Assembly: GCA_963675595.2 (NCBI GenBank)
Contig: CAXXLZ010000002.1
Span: forward strand, 3,104,001-3,168,000
From: Thermodesulfobacteriota bacterium
GTDB lineage: Bacteria > Desulfobacterota > Desulfarculia > JACQYL01
Length of the DNA: 64,000 bases
Direction of reading: 5' to 3'
The notes beneath the pieces are model-generated. The model saw only the letters and a list, made by a program, of their open reading frames with translations. It made no database searches and was not told the DNA's origin. Below, one piece after another: positions 1-10,415 of the stretch. Position numbers and translations under genes: made by a program. Position 1 is the stretch's first letter. Each line of letters starts with the position of its first letter.

Positions 1-2973
1 ATTGAGAAGTTCGGTGATTCGGCGAAGGCTGGTTTCCGTTTGCTTACGTTGAGTGACGTCGATCGCCAATTCGAAACGGACAAGCCGGCCATCGGGCCAT
101 TGAATAGCGCGATCCGTGATATCGTAATCAGCACGGGTGACCGGATTGTGAAACTCCCACCGGTGAGGCCGTGGGGAATCCTTTCGAATAATCTCGTTTG
201 TACAGAACTCACAGGGCGAAAGTCTTTTCTGCAACGCCTTGAAACAAACTGCGCCGACGATATCCTTACCGAAAGCATTCTTGGCCGCCTTATTGGCGAA
301 AAGTACCTCATAATTGTTCATGTCGGAGACGTAAATGATTTCGTCGATGCTGTCGAAAATCGACAGGAGTTGAGCACGCTCCAATCTCAGGCTTTCTTCG
401 AATCGCTTGAGAGGTCCGACATCCGTAAAGGCGATGACCACGCCGGAAGATTCGCTCTCGCCGATTCGATAAGGCAGTACCCGCATCAGAAGCCAGTGGC
501 CCGAATCCGTCCGGCATTCCGTTTCAAGGGCCTTACCCGTATCGATGACCTGGCGCGCGGCGGCCACCGGGTCGATGTCGATCAATGTGTGAGACAGATG
601 AGACAAGGGGCGATTGAGATCACTTTCCTTGATGCGGTAGACGTTGCGCAACTCCGGAGTGAACCGGCGTATATCGAGGTTTTCGTCCAAGAATAAGGTC
701 GCGATGCGTGTAGTGGACATCAAGTTGTCCAAATCATTGGTGGTTTCCGTAAGTTCAATGATTTTGGATTGATACTCCGCGTTGACCGTGTGCAATTCTT
801 CATTGACGGACTGTAATTCTTCGTTGGTGCTTTGAAGCTCTTCATTGCCGGCGAGCAGTTCTTCGTTGGTGGCCTGCAGCTCCTCATTGGAGGTTTCCAG
901 TTCCTCGATCGTGGCCTGCAAATTCTCTTTGGTGAATTGCAGATCTTGCTCCAGGTCGTAGATGCGCTGCTCGGCTTCCTTGCTGAGATCGAATTCGTTC
1001 ACCGACGCGGACGGGGTCACCTTTTGGTGGGGCGTCCCATCCTGAAGAAGGATCATCGCATTGCGTTCTTGTCCCTTTCTGTGAGGAAGCAGGCGAATAC
1101 GTATTTCCACAATTCGGCCGCCCTCGGAGCTTTCCAGGCGGACGTTCTTGTATCGAACCTCGCCGCCTCCGTGGAAGGCCTTTTGAAGCCCCGTGGACAG
1201 AGGAATGGCCAATTCCTTGGACACAACGCGCGTGATCTCGTTCTGCACGCGACCCGGCGGGAAACGGAGCAAACCGTCGGTGTTTCCCACAACATGCAAC
1301 AATTCCAGCCGCTCGTTCACCACCGCCGCAAATATGTTGAAATCGTCGGCCAGCATCTGCAGCAAATTCTCTTGGAGACGTTCCTCCTCACGTTCGCCGA
1401 GAATGCGAGCTCCGGGCTGTAATCGAGAATACGCGGCAGGAGCCACCGACGTTCTGAACGCCGGAAGCCGGACCGCGTCGGTCAAAGGGCGCTTACGCCC
1501 CCTTGCTCTGTATATCTTGAACTTGTGATGCAGGGGCTCGAACAATTCGCCCTGATCGCCGGGGGTTTCGCTTGTTCCCAACAAGAGCAGGCCGCCTGGG
1601 TGCAGGGAAAAGTTTAGGTAATCGATGATTTTTTTCTGAAGTACGGGCTGAAGGTAGATGAGGAGATTGCGGCAGCTTATCAGGTCGATGCTGGTGAACG
1701 GGGGATCTTTGATGAGATTGTGCTGGGCGAACACCACGATTTCTCTTATGGAACGATGAATTTGATAGCCGTCGTCCCGGTGAACGAAATATTTGGTCAA
1801 CAGGCCGCCGGGGAGGTCTGCCGTTATGCTCTCAGGATAGATCCCGTTTCCCGCGTACATTACGGCGTTTCGATCCAAATCCGTGGCGAATATTTTGATA
1901 TTCGGAGGATTCTCCATTCGGCTCTGACATTCTCGGGCCAGGATGGCAAATGTGTATGCCTCTTCTCCCGTTGAACAACCGGGCACCCAAAAACGGGCTT
2001 CGGCGTGGTTCAGCTTATTCAGAAGAGCAGGCAGATAAGTCTTTCCCAGAACCTCGAAAACCTCGCGATCTCTGAAAAAGCTGGTGACGCCGATTAGGAG
2101 CTCTCGATAGAGGGTTGTCAATTCCTCCGGCCGTGCTTCCAACATGCGTACGTATTCGCGAAGGTCCTTGGCCTGGTTCACCGTGATCCTTCGTTCGATG
2201 CGGCGTAATACGGTGCTCGATTTATAAAAGGTGAAATCGACCTTTGTCTGTTCCCTCAAGAGGGCGAATATCCTTGTCAAGCCGTCTTCGTCGGAAAGAA
2301 GCGCCTTGGGCCGATCGGCCGGTGCGCCGGTTCTGCGGACTGCAAAAGATACCAGTCGGCCGGGCATTTCTTCGGGAGGCAACACGATATCGGCAAGCCC
2401 TGTAGATATGGCGGCCCTCGGCATGCCGTCGAACTTGGCGGAGGCCTCGCTTTGCACCATCACCATGCCGCCTGCTTCCTTTACGGCGCGCACTCCGCGC
2501 ACGCCGTCGCTTCCGGTGCCCGATAGAATGACCGCGATGGCCTTGTCCCCCTGGTCCTCGGCCAAGGACATGAGAAATACGTCGATGGGCAGGTTGATTC
2601 CTTGATTGGGATCGAAATCCCTCAAGAGCAGCTTGCCGTGGAAGACGCTGAGTTGCTTGCGGGGGGGGATGAGATAAACGCTGTTAGGCTCGACGCGGAG
2701 GCCTTCCTCGGCCCGCAGTACGGGCATGGTCGTACGTTTGGAAAGCAGCTCCACCATCAGACTTTTGTAATCCGGAGATAGATGTTGGATGACTACGAAA
2801 GCCATTCCGGAGTCCGGAGGCATATGCGAGAAGAAAACGTCCAACGCTTCGAGACCTCCGGCTGATGCGCCGATGCCCACATAATAGAGGGGCTCGGGAA
2901 GCGATGCCGTGGTTTCAGTCTGCGGGCCTTCCGATTCAAGGCCTTCCGATTCAAGGACTTCCGTTTCGCGCAT
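1..2973 (-). CDS. CheB methylesterase-CheR methyltransferase-coiled-coil-PAS fusion (MAC1/CheBR type), 3' end off window
   Basis: Translated by hand from the minus-strand ATG at 2973: MRETEVLESEG...YYVGIGASAGGLEAL (CheB catalytic Ser motif), then VIQHLSPD. The CheR region has a WVPGCSTGEEAY-type motif and ISCRNLLIY. The heptad run EELETSNEELQATNEELLAGNEELQSTNEELQSVNEEL lies at ~770-930, followed by a PAS end DVTQRK. It is absent from the ORF track, consistent with no in-frame stop inside the window. Confidence 0.92.
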   Translation of the reverse strand, partial: MRETEVLESEGLESEGPQTETTASLPEPLYYVGIGASAGGLEALDVFFSHMPPDSGMAFVVIQHLSPDYKSLMVELLSKRTTMPVLRAEEGLRVEPNSVYLIPPRKQLSVFHGKLLLRDFDPNQGINLPIDVFLMSLAEDQGDKAIAVILSGTGSDGVRGVRAVKEAGGMVMVQSEASAKFDGMPRAAISTGLADIVLPPEEMPGRLVSFAVRRTGAPADRPKALLSDEDGLTRIFALLREQTKVDFTFYKSSTVLRRIERRITVNQAKDLREYVRMLEARPEELTTLYRELLIGVTSFFRDREVFEVLGKTYLPALLNKLNHAEARFWVPGCSTGEEAYTFAILARECQSRMENPPNIKIFATDLDRNAVMYAGNGIYPESITADLPGGLLTKYFVHRDDGYQIHRSIREIVVFAQHNLIKDPPFTSIDLISCRNLLIYLQPVLQKKIIDYLNFSLHPGGLLLLGTSETPGDQGELFEPLHHKFKIYRARGRKRPLTDAVRLPAFRTSVAPAAYSRLQPGARILGEREEERLQENLLQMLADDFNIFAAVVNERLELLHVVGNTDGLLRFPPGRVQNEITRVVSKELAIPLSTGLQKAFHGGGEVRYKNVRLESSEGGRIVEIRIRLLPHRKGQERNAMILLQDGTPHQKVTPSASVNEFDLSKEAEQRIYDLEQDLQFTKENLQATIEELETSNEELQATNEELLAGNEELQSTNEELQSVNEELHTVNAEYQSKIIELTETTNDLDNLMSTTRIATLFLDENLDIRRFTPELRNVYRIKESDLNRPLSHLSHTLIDIDPVAAARQVIDTGKALETECRTDSGHWLLMRVLPYRIGESESSGVVIAFTDVGPLKRFEESLRLERAQLLSIFDSIDEIIYVSDMNNYEVLFANKAAKNAFGKDIVGAVCFKALQKRLSPCEFCTNEIIRKDSPRPHRWEFHNPVTRADYDITDRAIQWPDGRLVRFELAIDVTQRKQTETSLRRITELLN

Positions 2974-3190
2974 GGGTCGGCGCCTTTCGCGTAGAGGCGG
3001 AAAAAGGGCGGTAAACCGGCTCCCGGAAGGGACCGGTTGAGGATATCAAAGGACGATCTTGACCTATCCATTATTTATCACGGGCTTATGGTCAGGGTCT
3101 ACCTGTCTCGATGGACGAAGCGGTATCTGCAATCCGGCCCCTCCGATCGGCCGACCGGGACAACGAATCCACGGTGGGCTCCAGAGAGTC

Positions 3191-3224
3191 TTTCACCCTC
3201 CCGGAGATTTCACCCTCCCGGAGA
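3191..3224. repeat. 17-bp perfect tandem duplication (TTTCACCCTCCCGGAGA x2) in the divergent intergenic region
   Basis: Read directly: tttcaccctcccggaga tttcaccctcccggaga. Confidence 0.75.
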
Positions 3225-4287
3225 GTCCTGCGGACGTTCGCTCATCGCATGGCCCTCCTTCAATATCCCTCCAGTCTTGGTTCCAATTCTTTGGAGGTCG
3301 TCTGTTGGGTATTCCGTTTTGCCTTTTTGGTCCCATCCGATGGGCACTTGGGAAAAAGCAGGGTGGACGACTTCCGGATCACTCCACAGGAGCCCACACT
3401 CAATTCCATTCCTGAGAGTCCCATCCCCGCATTCTCGATGTCTCATGGACGGCGCACCTGGGGTCCGAAAGCGTGGCGAAGGAACCACCACGGTCGCGCC
3501 GTGCGAAAAAGGGACACAAGGCGATGTGGAAGCAACGCGGAAGGTCGTTCCCGCGAGGATTCTCGGGCCTCCGCCTCTTCCATGGCTTTGGGGAAGAGGT
3601 ACGGGTAAGGACCCTGAAGGCTTCTGGTGCGAAGACCGACACCCCGGCCGGGCGTCCAACAGAAAAGACATGTCCAGATTTCCGGACAGCCCATTTTAAC
3701 GGTTCAGAGCACAAGTAAAATCAGCATGTTGGTCCTAGGTAGAGTCCCGACGTATGGAAAACCGTACACTTTTCGATCCATTGACCGCAAATGGATCGGC
3801 GTCGTCGCTGTCATAAACTTCGTCCATGACAGCGATTTGTATGGACATAGGTAGGTACATAATAAGTATTTCCAGAAGACGGGTTATTGCTCAATCTGGT
3901 CGTAGCAGACTGTGGGCAAGCGATTCTTGACTGCTACCCGGTCTCATCTCGTATCATTCAATAGAAGCTGTCTTCCAGGGCCATAAAACAACTCTTATCC
4001 ATATCCAATCGGGGAACCAGACCCGGCTTTTGCCCGTCGGCGAACCTCCAACAAGGTCATGTGAGAAAGTCCCGGACCTCGGTTAGCTGCTTCTCCACTT
4101 CTTGGTTCAATTATTGCATTACACTGGATAATGGGAAACCCGATTCCATAATCTTTCAAAGACGATTTATTGGGTAAGCACCCCTGGTGGACCGTTACTC
4201 AAAAAATGATCTTTATATTAAGGTAACTAATAAAAGACTTAGGCGGTAGTATTAATACTTAACAAGAGTCATGGGGAGAACAACGCG

Positions 4288-6282
4288 ATGAAGAACATGA
4301 AACTGGCAATGAAGATCGTAGTAGGTTTCGGGTTTCTGATTTTGATCGCCTGTGTTTTGGGCGGCTTGGCCGTTTACAACATGAAGCGTGTAGAGAGTGA
4401 TTCGGTTCGACTGGCCAAAGAGTACGTTCCGGAAGTGGCCATCGCCAATGAGGTGGAGCGGGCTTCTCTGTTGACCATGTTCGAAATGCGCGGTTACGGG
4501 CTGACGGGTGAACAGAAATACCTGGATCGAGGTCGGGAGCACCTAGCAAACGTCAATACCCACATCAAGGCCGCCATGGATCACGCCGCAAAATATCAAG
4601 GACTGGTTAAGCTGAAGGAGAACGCCGGCAATGCCGAGGCGGAGGTTCGCGCCTATACCGAGCTACTCGAACAGACGGTAAATACCTATTTGGTATTGGA
4701 CGAAGCCCGGCATGCCATGGATCGTTCCGCCGGCGCCTACATGGAAAACTGCTCCAGCTTCCTCGAAGCGCAGAACAAATCGCTTGAAGAGGAATTGGCG
4801 TCCGGGGCCGACGAAGGAAAAATCAAGGAACGTGTGGCCAAGATCAATTTGATGAACGACATAATCGACCTGGGCAATGCGGTGCGGGTGGACAACTGGA
4901 AAGCCCAGGCAACCCGCGACCCGAAGGTCATGCAGGGCGCCTTGGCCAATTTTCCTCTCATGGAACGCAAGATGGGGGAAATCAAGGCCATCACACGCCG
5001 AGATGCGAATCTGCAGCAGATATCACAAATCGAGACGGCGGCGGGGGAATACAAAAGAGCCATGAGTCAGTTTTTGGAAAACTGGCTTTCCTTGCAGGAC
5101 CTCAACGACAAACGCGGAAGGACGGCCGAGGAAGTGCTGGCCGCGGCCCAGACCACGGCCAAGGCCGGAATGGAACACACCGGCATTATAGCCGAGGAGG
5201 CGGCAAACGGCCTTTCCCGATCATCCGCCACCATGGTCGTGGGACTGCTGATTGCCGTAATCATTGGTGTCCTTGCCGCGATCTTCATTACGCGCAGCAT
5301 CACCAAGCCCATCAACAGAATCATTGAAGGACTCACCGAGGCCTCGGATCAGGTGGCCTCCGCTTCGGGACAGGTGTCTTCCGCCAGTCAATCCCTGGCC
5401 GAAGGCGCGTCCGAGCAGGCGGCATCCATCGAGGAAACCTCGTCTTCCTTGGAAGAGATGTCTTCCATGACCAAGCGAAACGCGGACAACGCGGATCAGG
5501 CGAAAAGCAGGATGGCGGAAGCCGGTGCCATCGTGGGCAAGGTCGGCAAACACATGGATGATATGGCCAAAGCCATTCAGGAGATCACCAAATCCAGTGA
5601 AGAAACGGGCAAGATCATTAAGACCATCGACGAAATTGCATTTCAGACCAACTTGCTGGCCTTGAATGCGGCGGTGGAGGCTGCGAGAGCGGGTGAGGCG
5701 GGGGCCGGTTTCGCCGTGGTGGCGGACGAAGTCCGGAATCTCGCCATGCGTGCGGCGGACGCCGCCAAGAATACCTCGGATCTTATCGAAAACACCATCA
5801 AATCGGTGAAGATGGGCGCCGAGATCACCACCGCGACACAGGAAGCGTTCAAAGAGAATATGCAGATCGCCCAGAAGGTGGGTGAAGTGGTGGACGAAAT
5901 TGCCGCGGCCTCCAGAGAGCAGGCCCAAGGGATCGAGCAGGTGAACATGGCGGTCACGGACATGGACAAGGTGACTCAGCAAAACGCCGCCAATGCGGAA
6001 GAATCCGCGAGCGCAGCCGAAGAGATGAACGCCCAGGCCGAACAAATGAATGCTTTCGTCGCCGATCTCGTGCGTCTGGTGGGGGGCGCCGGCACAAACG
6101 GACGGCATCAGGGTTCCGCCATCAAGAAATTGACCCAAAGGAAATCGACGACGAACAGAGCCCTCACCGTTCGTTCCGCTCGGACGGGAGAGCCTAAGGC
6201 GCCGGCTTACCGGAAAGCCGGGGAAGTAAGGCCGGAAGACGTGATCCCTCTGGATGACGAAAAGAGCTTTGATTCTTTCTAG
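4288..6282 (+). CDS. Methyl-accepting chemotaxis protein (2 TM, large helical periplasmic domain)
   Basis: Two TM helices and the signalling hairpin [40 protein letters not shown]. The C-terminal SFDSF resembles a CheR/CheB tether. RBS GGGGAG. Confidence 0.97.
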   Translation: MKNMKLAMKIVVGFGFLILIACVLGGLAVYNMKRVESDSVRLAKEYVPEVAIANEVERASLLTMFEMRGYGLTGEQKYLDRGREHLANVNTHIKAAMDHAAKYQGLVKLKENAGNAEAEVRAYTELLEQTVNTYLVLDEARHAMDRSAGAYMENCSSFLEAQNKSLEEELASGADEGKIKERVAKINLMNDIIDLGNAVRVDNWKAQATRDPKVMQGALANFPLMERKMGEIKAITRRDANLQQISQIETAAGEYKRAMSQFLENWLSLQDLNDKRGRTAEEVLAAAQTTAKAGMEHTGIIAEEAANGLSRSSATMVVGLLIAVIIGVLAAIFITRSITKPINRIIEGLTEASDQVASASGQVSSASQSLAEGASEQAASIEETSSSLEEMSSMTKRNADNADQAKSRMAEAGAIVGKVGKHMDDMAKAIQEITKSSEETGKIIKTIDEIAFQTNLLALNAAVEAARAGEAGAGFAVVADEVRNLAMRAADAAKNTSDLIENTIKSVKMGAEITTATQEAFKENMQIAQKVGEVVDEIAAASREQAQGIEQVNMAVTDMDKVTQQNAANAEESASAAEEMNAQAEQMNAFVADLVRLVGGAGTNGRHQGSAIKKLTQRKSTTNRALTVRSARTGEPKAPAYRKAGEVRPEDVIPLDDEKSFDSF

Positions 6283-6653
6283 CGGGACGGAATTCCACGG
6301 GCGGTTTTGCCGTGAATGAAACGCACATGGGGCGTTCGGGATAAGACCCGATAAGGCGGTTATGCAGGGCGCCCCATTCCCATCGGGGGTCCCGAAAAAC
6401 CGAATCGTTGTTCGTCACGGGATGCCGGAAACGCTATGGACCAGATGGGTTGCTTGTCGGCGGAACAGGAAATTAAGGGACCGGCGGCCTATCCCGGCGA
6501 CAATCCAATCCGAGGGCGCCGGTTGATTCCAGGCGGATCCATTAGCAGCAAGAATCCGGTCAAGGGCTCGGCAAAACCGCAGGCACCGGCACCGGCGCAC
6601 GGCGCCGTCAAACGGAAGAATCGCCGAGTCCAACGAACCAAAGAAGGACTTTC

Positions 6654-7115
6654 ATGAGTGATCCGCTTATGGAAAGCCGGGACGCGAAACACGAGTACCC
6701 ACAGGGAATACAGGCTCCGATTTCAGGCGGCAATCAGACCGTCCTCGTCGTGGAAGACGAAGCCCCGCTGCTTATTGTGACCCGGAAGATACTTGAAAGG
6801 CTGGGTTATCGGGTCCTGCCGTGCGGGAGCCCCACTGAGGCCATAAGAGTGGCAGTAGGGCACGCCGGGGAAATCGATCTGCTGATGACCGATGTGGTCA
6901 TGCCGGAAATGAACGGCCGGGAACTGGCCGATCGGATCCTCTCCATTCGGCCCGGGATCAGGACGTTGTTCGTCTCGGGCTACACCGCCGATGTCCTAAA
7001 TGAACAGGGCGTATCGCATGAAGGGTTTAATTTTATGGAGAAACCCTTTTCTCTCAAAAGATTGGCGGCAACGCTGCGGGAAATCCTGCCACATTCCCAA
7101 GACGTCGGTGTTTAG
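6654..7115 (+). CDS. Single-domain response regulator (REC)
   Basis: VLVVEDE...LLMTDVVMPEMNG...SGYT...EKPF; RBS AAGGA upstream. Confidence 0.88.
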   Translation: MSDPLMESRDAKHEYPQGIQAPISGGNQTVLVVEDEAPLLIVTRKILERLGYRVLPCGSPTEAIRVAVGHAGEIDLLMTDVVMPEMNGRELADRILSIRPGIRTLFVSGYTADVLNEQGVSHEGFNFMEKPFSLKRLAATLREILPHSQDVGV

Positions 7116-7188
7116 AAGAATATACGAAAATCATCGTTCAACCTCGCTTCTCGCTTCCGAAATCCGCAGCCAAATCAGGGAGACGGAC

Positions 7189-8349
7189 TTGAGCAGGAAT
7201 AAAACCAAGGTCCTCGTGGTGGACGATCACCTCAAAATGCGTCTGACCATCAGTCATATGCTGAAAACGGCCGGTTATGACGATGTGGTGGGCGCGGGCG
7301 ACGGAGACGAGGCTCTCAGAAAAATCGAGGCGGGGGGTGTCGATTTTGTCATCTGTGACTGGAACATGCCCGGAATGAAAGGGGTTGAGCTGCTTCAGGC
7401 CTTGAGGGAGAGAGACGAATTCAAGGCATTGCCTTTCCTCATGGTGACCGCCGAAGTGAACGGGCCCACCGTAATGCAGGCTCTGGAAACCGAAGTGGAC
7501 GGCTACATCGTCAAGCCTTTCAGAGGTTCCACCCTTCTCGACAAGATGGCTTCCATCCTGAAAAGACGAAGCAATCCGTCGCCCATCGACCTGCTATTGA
7601 AATCCGCAAAGAGAAAACTCTCGCGCGGTGATGTGGAAGGCGCTGCGGAAGACTACCGTCGTGCGTTTAAGGAAGACCAAAACAGCCCCCGTGTTCATTT
7701 CGGCCTTTCGGAAGTGTTCTCGGCTCAGGGACAAAAAGAGGAGGCGTTGAAAGAGCTCAAACGATCCTTGGAATTGGCTCCCGAATATGTAAAGGCCTGC
7801 GACGCCATAGCGGCTCTTCTCATCGAAAGGGGAGAAAAGATTGATGCGGCCAAAATGCTCGAGCAAGCAGTGAGGAAAAGTCCTCTGAACGTCAAGCGAC
7901 AGGCTGCCTATGGCTCGACGCTGATTGAAATCGGAGAAACGGAAAAGGCGCGGGAGGTTTTCCAAGAGGCCCGTAAATACTTTCCCGACAATGCCGAGTT
8001 TGAAAGCCTTGTCGGCGAGGCCTACTTGAGAGCGGGGCTGCACCGGGAAGCTGAAATCGCCTTGGAAGCCGCTTCGGCGTTAAATCCGGATTTGTCGAAT
8101 GTCTACAATCAGCTGGGAATTGCGTATAGAAAACAGGGGAAGTATGAAGCTGCGATAGCGAATTACCGAAAAGCCCTCATATCCGCACCAAATGATGCAA
8201 ATCTCTATTACAATATGGCCATAGCCCAACTGGAAGCCAAGGAAGCGGACGCTTCCATAAAGAGCTTGAAAAAGGCGTTGGAGATCGATCCGGACTTCAG
8301 AGAAGCCGATGATCTATTGCATAAAGTAGAATCATTGATGAGGCGGTGA
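7189..8349 (+). CDS. Response regulator with C-terminal TPR repeats
   Basis: REC motifs VLVVDD, ICDWNMPGMKG, MVTAE, VKPF. TPR motifs such as YNQLGIAYRKQGKYEAAIANYRKAL. Start placed at TTG 7189 after GGAG (ORF track starts at 7000). Confidence 0.9.
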   Translation: MSRNKTKVLVVDDHLKMRLTISHMLKTAGYDDVVGAGDGDEALRKIEAGGVDFVICDWNMPGMKGVELLQALRERDEFKALPFLMVTAEVNGPTVMQALETEVDGYIVKPFRGSTLLDKMASILKRRSNPSPIDLLLKSAKRKLSRGDVEGAAEDYRRAFKEDQNSPRVHFGLSEVFSAQGQKEEALKELKRSLELAPEYVKACDAIAALLIERGEKIDAAKMLEQAVRKSPLNVKRQAAYGSTLIEIGETEKAREVFQEARKYFPDNAEFESLVGEAYLRAGLHREAEIALEAASALNPDLSNVYNQLGIAYRKQGKYEAAIANYRKALISAPNDANLYYNMAIAQLEAKEADASIKSLKKALEIDPDFREADDLLHKVESLMRR

Positions 8350-8439
8350 TACCGAACAGGAATAAACGGCATACATGAATAATAGAAACGACAAAAACTC
8401 CATAAAAGTTTTTCTTACCATATTATTATGAGATAATTC

Positions 8440-9261
8440 ATGAAGCAGAAAAACTTCGTATCAAACTTTACCAAGATACATGACTATAATAACTCTACCA
8501 CATGTGTATCAAGCAAAAAACCTGGGATATATCGATTCACCATACCCTCTTTCATTGGCACGGGAGATACCAAAAAGAAAAGCCTCCATGTTATAGATTA
8601 CTATATAAAGAACTTTGATCCGGACGAAAATGGAGAAATCAATGGGCAAGTCATTGATTATGCCGGCCGGCTTTTGAATTTAAGAGATCGTTTAGAAGTG
8701 AGTCGATTGAGCAAGAGCAAGCTGATTTGCGAGACGCCGGCCGAATATGCCGGCCTGGTGTCGAAGCTCAACATACTCAGCGTACATATAAAAGCGGGTA
8801 ATACTCATTTTGAAAAGGAAGAGTATTACAGCGCGGAATACGAATATGACGGCGCATTGAAAATCGAACCAACGAACGTGGAAGCGAATCTTGGAAAAGG
8901 AAAAACCCTTTCCAAACTGAATCGATACGAAGAGGCTCGAGTCATATTCGATGAACTATCGAACAATCCGGAACTATACATAGAAGAACACAAACATTTG
9001 TTCAACGATTTCGGAATCAACCTCAGAAAAATGCAAATGTATGCGAAGGCTATTGAATCCTACCAAAGGGCTATTCGAGTTAATGCCTTCGACCCCCATC
9101 TTTATTACAATCTCGCGGTGGTTTATACGGAACTGAAAGAGATTGAAAATGCCGTCAGGCTGCTCAACTCGGCCATACAACTCAAGAGGAAGCTGGTCAA
9201 GGCGAGCTTTCAGGAAGCCGAATGCCTGCTAAGGTCGTTGAAGGAGAAATTACAACTTTGA
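8440..9261 (+). CDS. TPR repeat protein (AT-rich)
   Basis: TPR motifs (FNDFGINLRKMQMYAKAIESYQRAI..., LYYNLAVVY); RBS GGAG-like upstream. Confidence 0.85.
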   Translation: MKQKNFVSNFTKIHDYNNSTTCVSSKKPGIYRFTIPSFIGTGDTKKKSLHVIDYYIKNFDPDENGEINGQVIDYAGRLLNLRDRLEVSRLSKSKLICETPAEYAGLVSKLNILSVHIKAGNTHFEKEEYYSAEYEYDGALKIEPTNVEANLGKGKTLSKLNRYEEARVIFDELSNNPELYIEEHKHLFNDFGINLRKMQMYAKAIESYQRAIRVNAFDPHLYYNLAVVYTELKEIENAVRLLNSAIQLKRKLVKASFQEAECLLRSLKEKLQL

Positions 9262-9283
9262 GCCACAGCACAAGGGTGATGCA

Positions 9284-10219
9284 ATGAGTAATGGTGATAT
9301 CCTTTTGGATTCCGGCACGAACGAAATGGAAATGCTGACCGTAGTTGTGGGAGATCAGCAATTTGGAGTCAATGTAGCCAAGGTTGTATCCATTGAACAG
9401 TATGATACTGATTTGGTTACCGGCTTGCCCGTCAATCAGCCGGGACTCGAAGGAATGTTTTTCCATAGAGGCAAAACCATTCCATTACTGAATTTATCAG
9501 ATATTTTAGATATCGAGATCAGGAGTCAAGTTGATCGGGAGATCGTTATCGTAACGGAATTCAATAATTCAAAAAACAGCTTTAGAGTTCAAGGAGTCAC
9601 AAGGATTTATAGATTGTCATGGAATGACTTTGTCCCGTTGGACGGTGTTGTTGGAAATAGTCCTTGTTTTACCGGATCAATTAATATCGAGGGATCACAA
9701 ATATTGGTGCTTGATCTTGAACATATATTGGGACGTATTTTTCCAGATCAAATTATTCAATCTATCGATCAAACAAACATATCAAATAATGAAAAGTATG
9801 ACAGAAAAAATATAGATATTCTATTCGCCGAAGACTCAAAAACAATGCGAAAGGCTGTGGTATCCGCTTTAAATAAATCAGGATTCACAAATATCATTGA
9901 ATTCAGCAATGGAAAGTCGGCACTTGAATATATAGAGAGGGATTATTCCGGTCAAAATACACAAGCGAACAGAACCCCTGTTTTAATATCCGACATTGAA
10001 ATGCCTAAAATGGACGGGTTGACTCTATGTCGTGAGATAAAACGAAATCCAAAGCTAAATAATACCTATGTCATCATGTTTTCAAGCCTGATTAACGAAC
10101 AGATGGTATCTAAATGTAAGAGTGTAAAAGCTGATAACTATGTGAATAAGCCTGATACGAACCGGCTCATTTCCATTTTAGACAAGCAGTGCGGCAAACA
10201 AGGTTTTTTAACCTCTTGA
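9284..10219 (+). CDS. cheV: Chemotaxis coupling protein CheV (CheW + REC)
   Basis: ILLDSGTNEMEML, FGVNVAKV, IIVTEFN-like CheW domain; C-terminal REC AEDS...ISDIEMPKMDG...MFSSL. Confidence 0.92.
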   Translation: MSNGDILLDSGTNEMEMLTVVVGDQQFGVNVAKVVSIEQYDTDLVTGLPVNQPGLEGMFFHRGKTIPLLNLSDILDIEIRSQVDREIVIVTEFNNSKNSFRVQGVTRIYRLSWNDFVPLDGVVGNSPCFTGSINIEGSQILVLDLEHILGRIFPDQIIQSIDQTNISNNEKYDRKNIDILFAEDSKTMRKAVVSALNKSGFTNIIEFSNGKSALEYIERDYSGQNTQANRTPVLISDIEMPKMDGLTLCREIKRNPKLNNTYVIMFSSLINEQMVSKCKSVKADNYVNKPDTNRLISILDKQCGKQGFLTS

Positions 10220-10415
10220 TTGGCTCCTCAGAGCCATCCACCCATCGGCTGGAGCTTTTTGCTGTTTGATTTCGCATTTCATTTTCACCGGGTGCACTGG
10301 AATTGAAAGCCTGCCGAAGTCAACGGAGCTTTCCGGGAATTATAGGGCCATCTGTCTGAAAAAGCGACAGATGGCTCACGCGAAGTGAAGCTTACTGCTA
10401 TTTTGTCATAGAGAG

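Noticed and set aside
40-2605. Plus-strand ORFs (40-696, 832-1422, 1720-1974, 2231-2605)
   Set aside because: Antisense shadows of the minus-strand CheBR gene
2926-2960. 15-bp tandem repeat (LESEG x2) at the CheBR N-terminus
   Set aside because: In-frame slippage in a disordered leader; no evidence of function
3037-3854. Several overlapping 75-220 aa ORFs in the cheBR-MCP divergent region
   Set aside because: No recognisable motifs and Pro/Arg/Ser-rich composition; probably non-coding, though a small gene cannot be excluded
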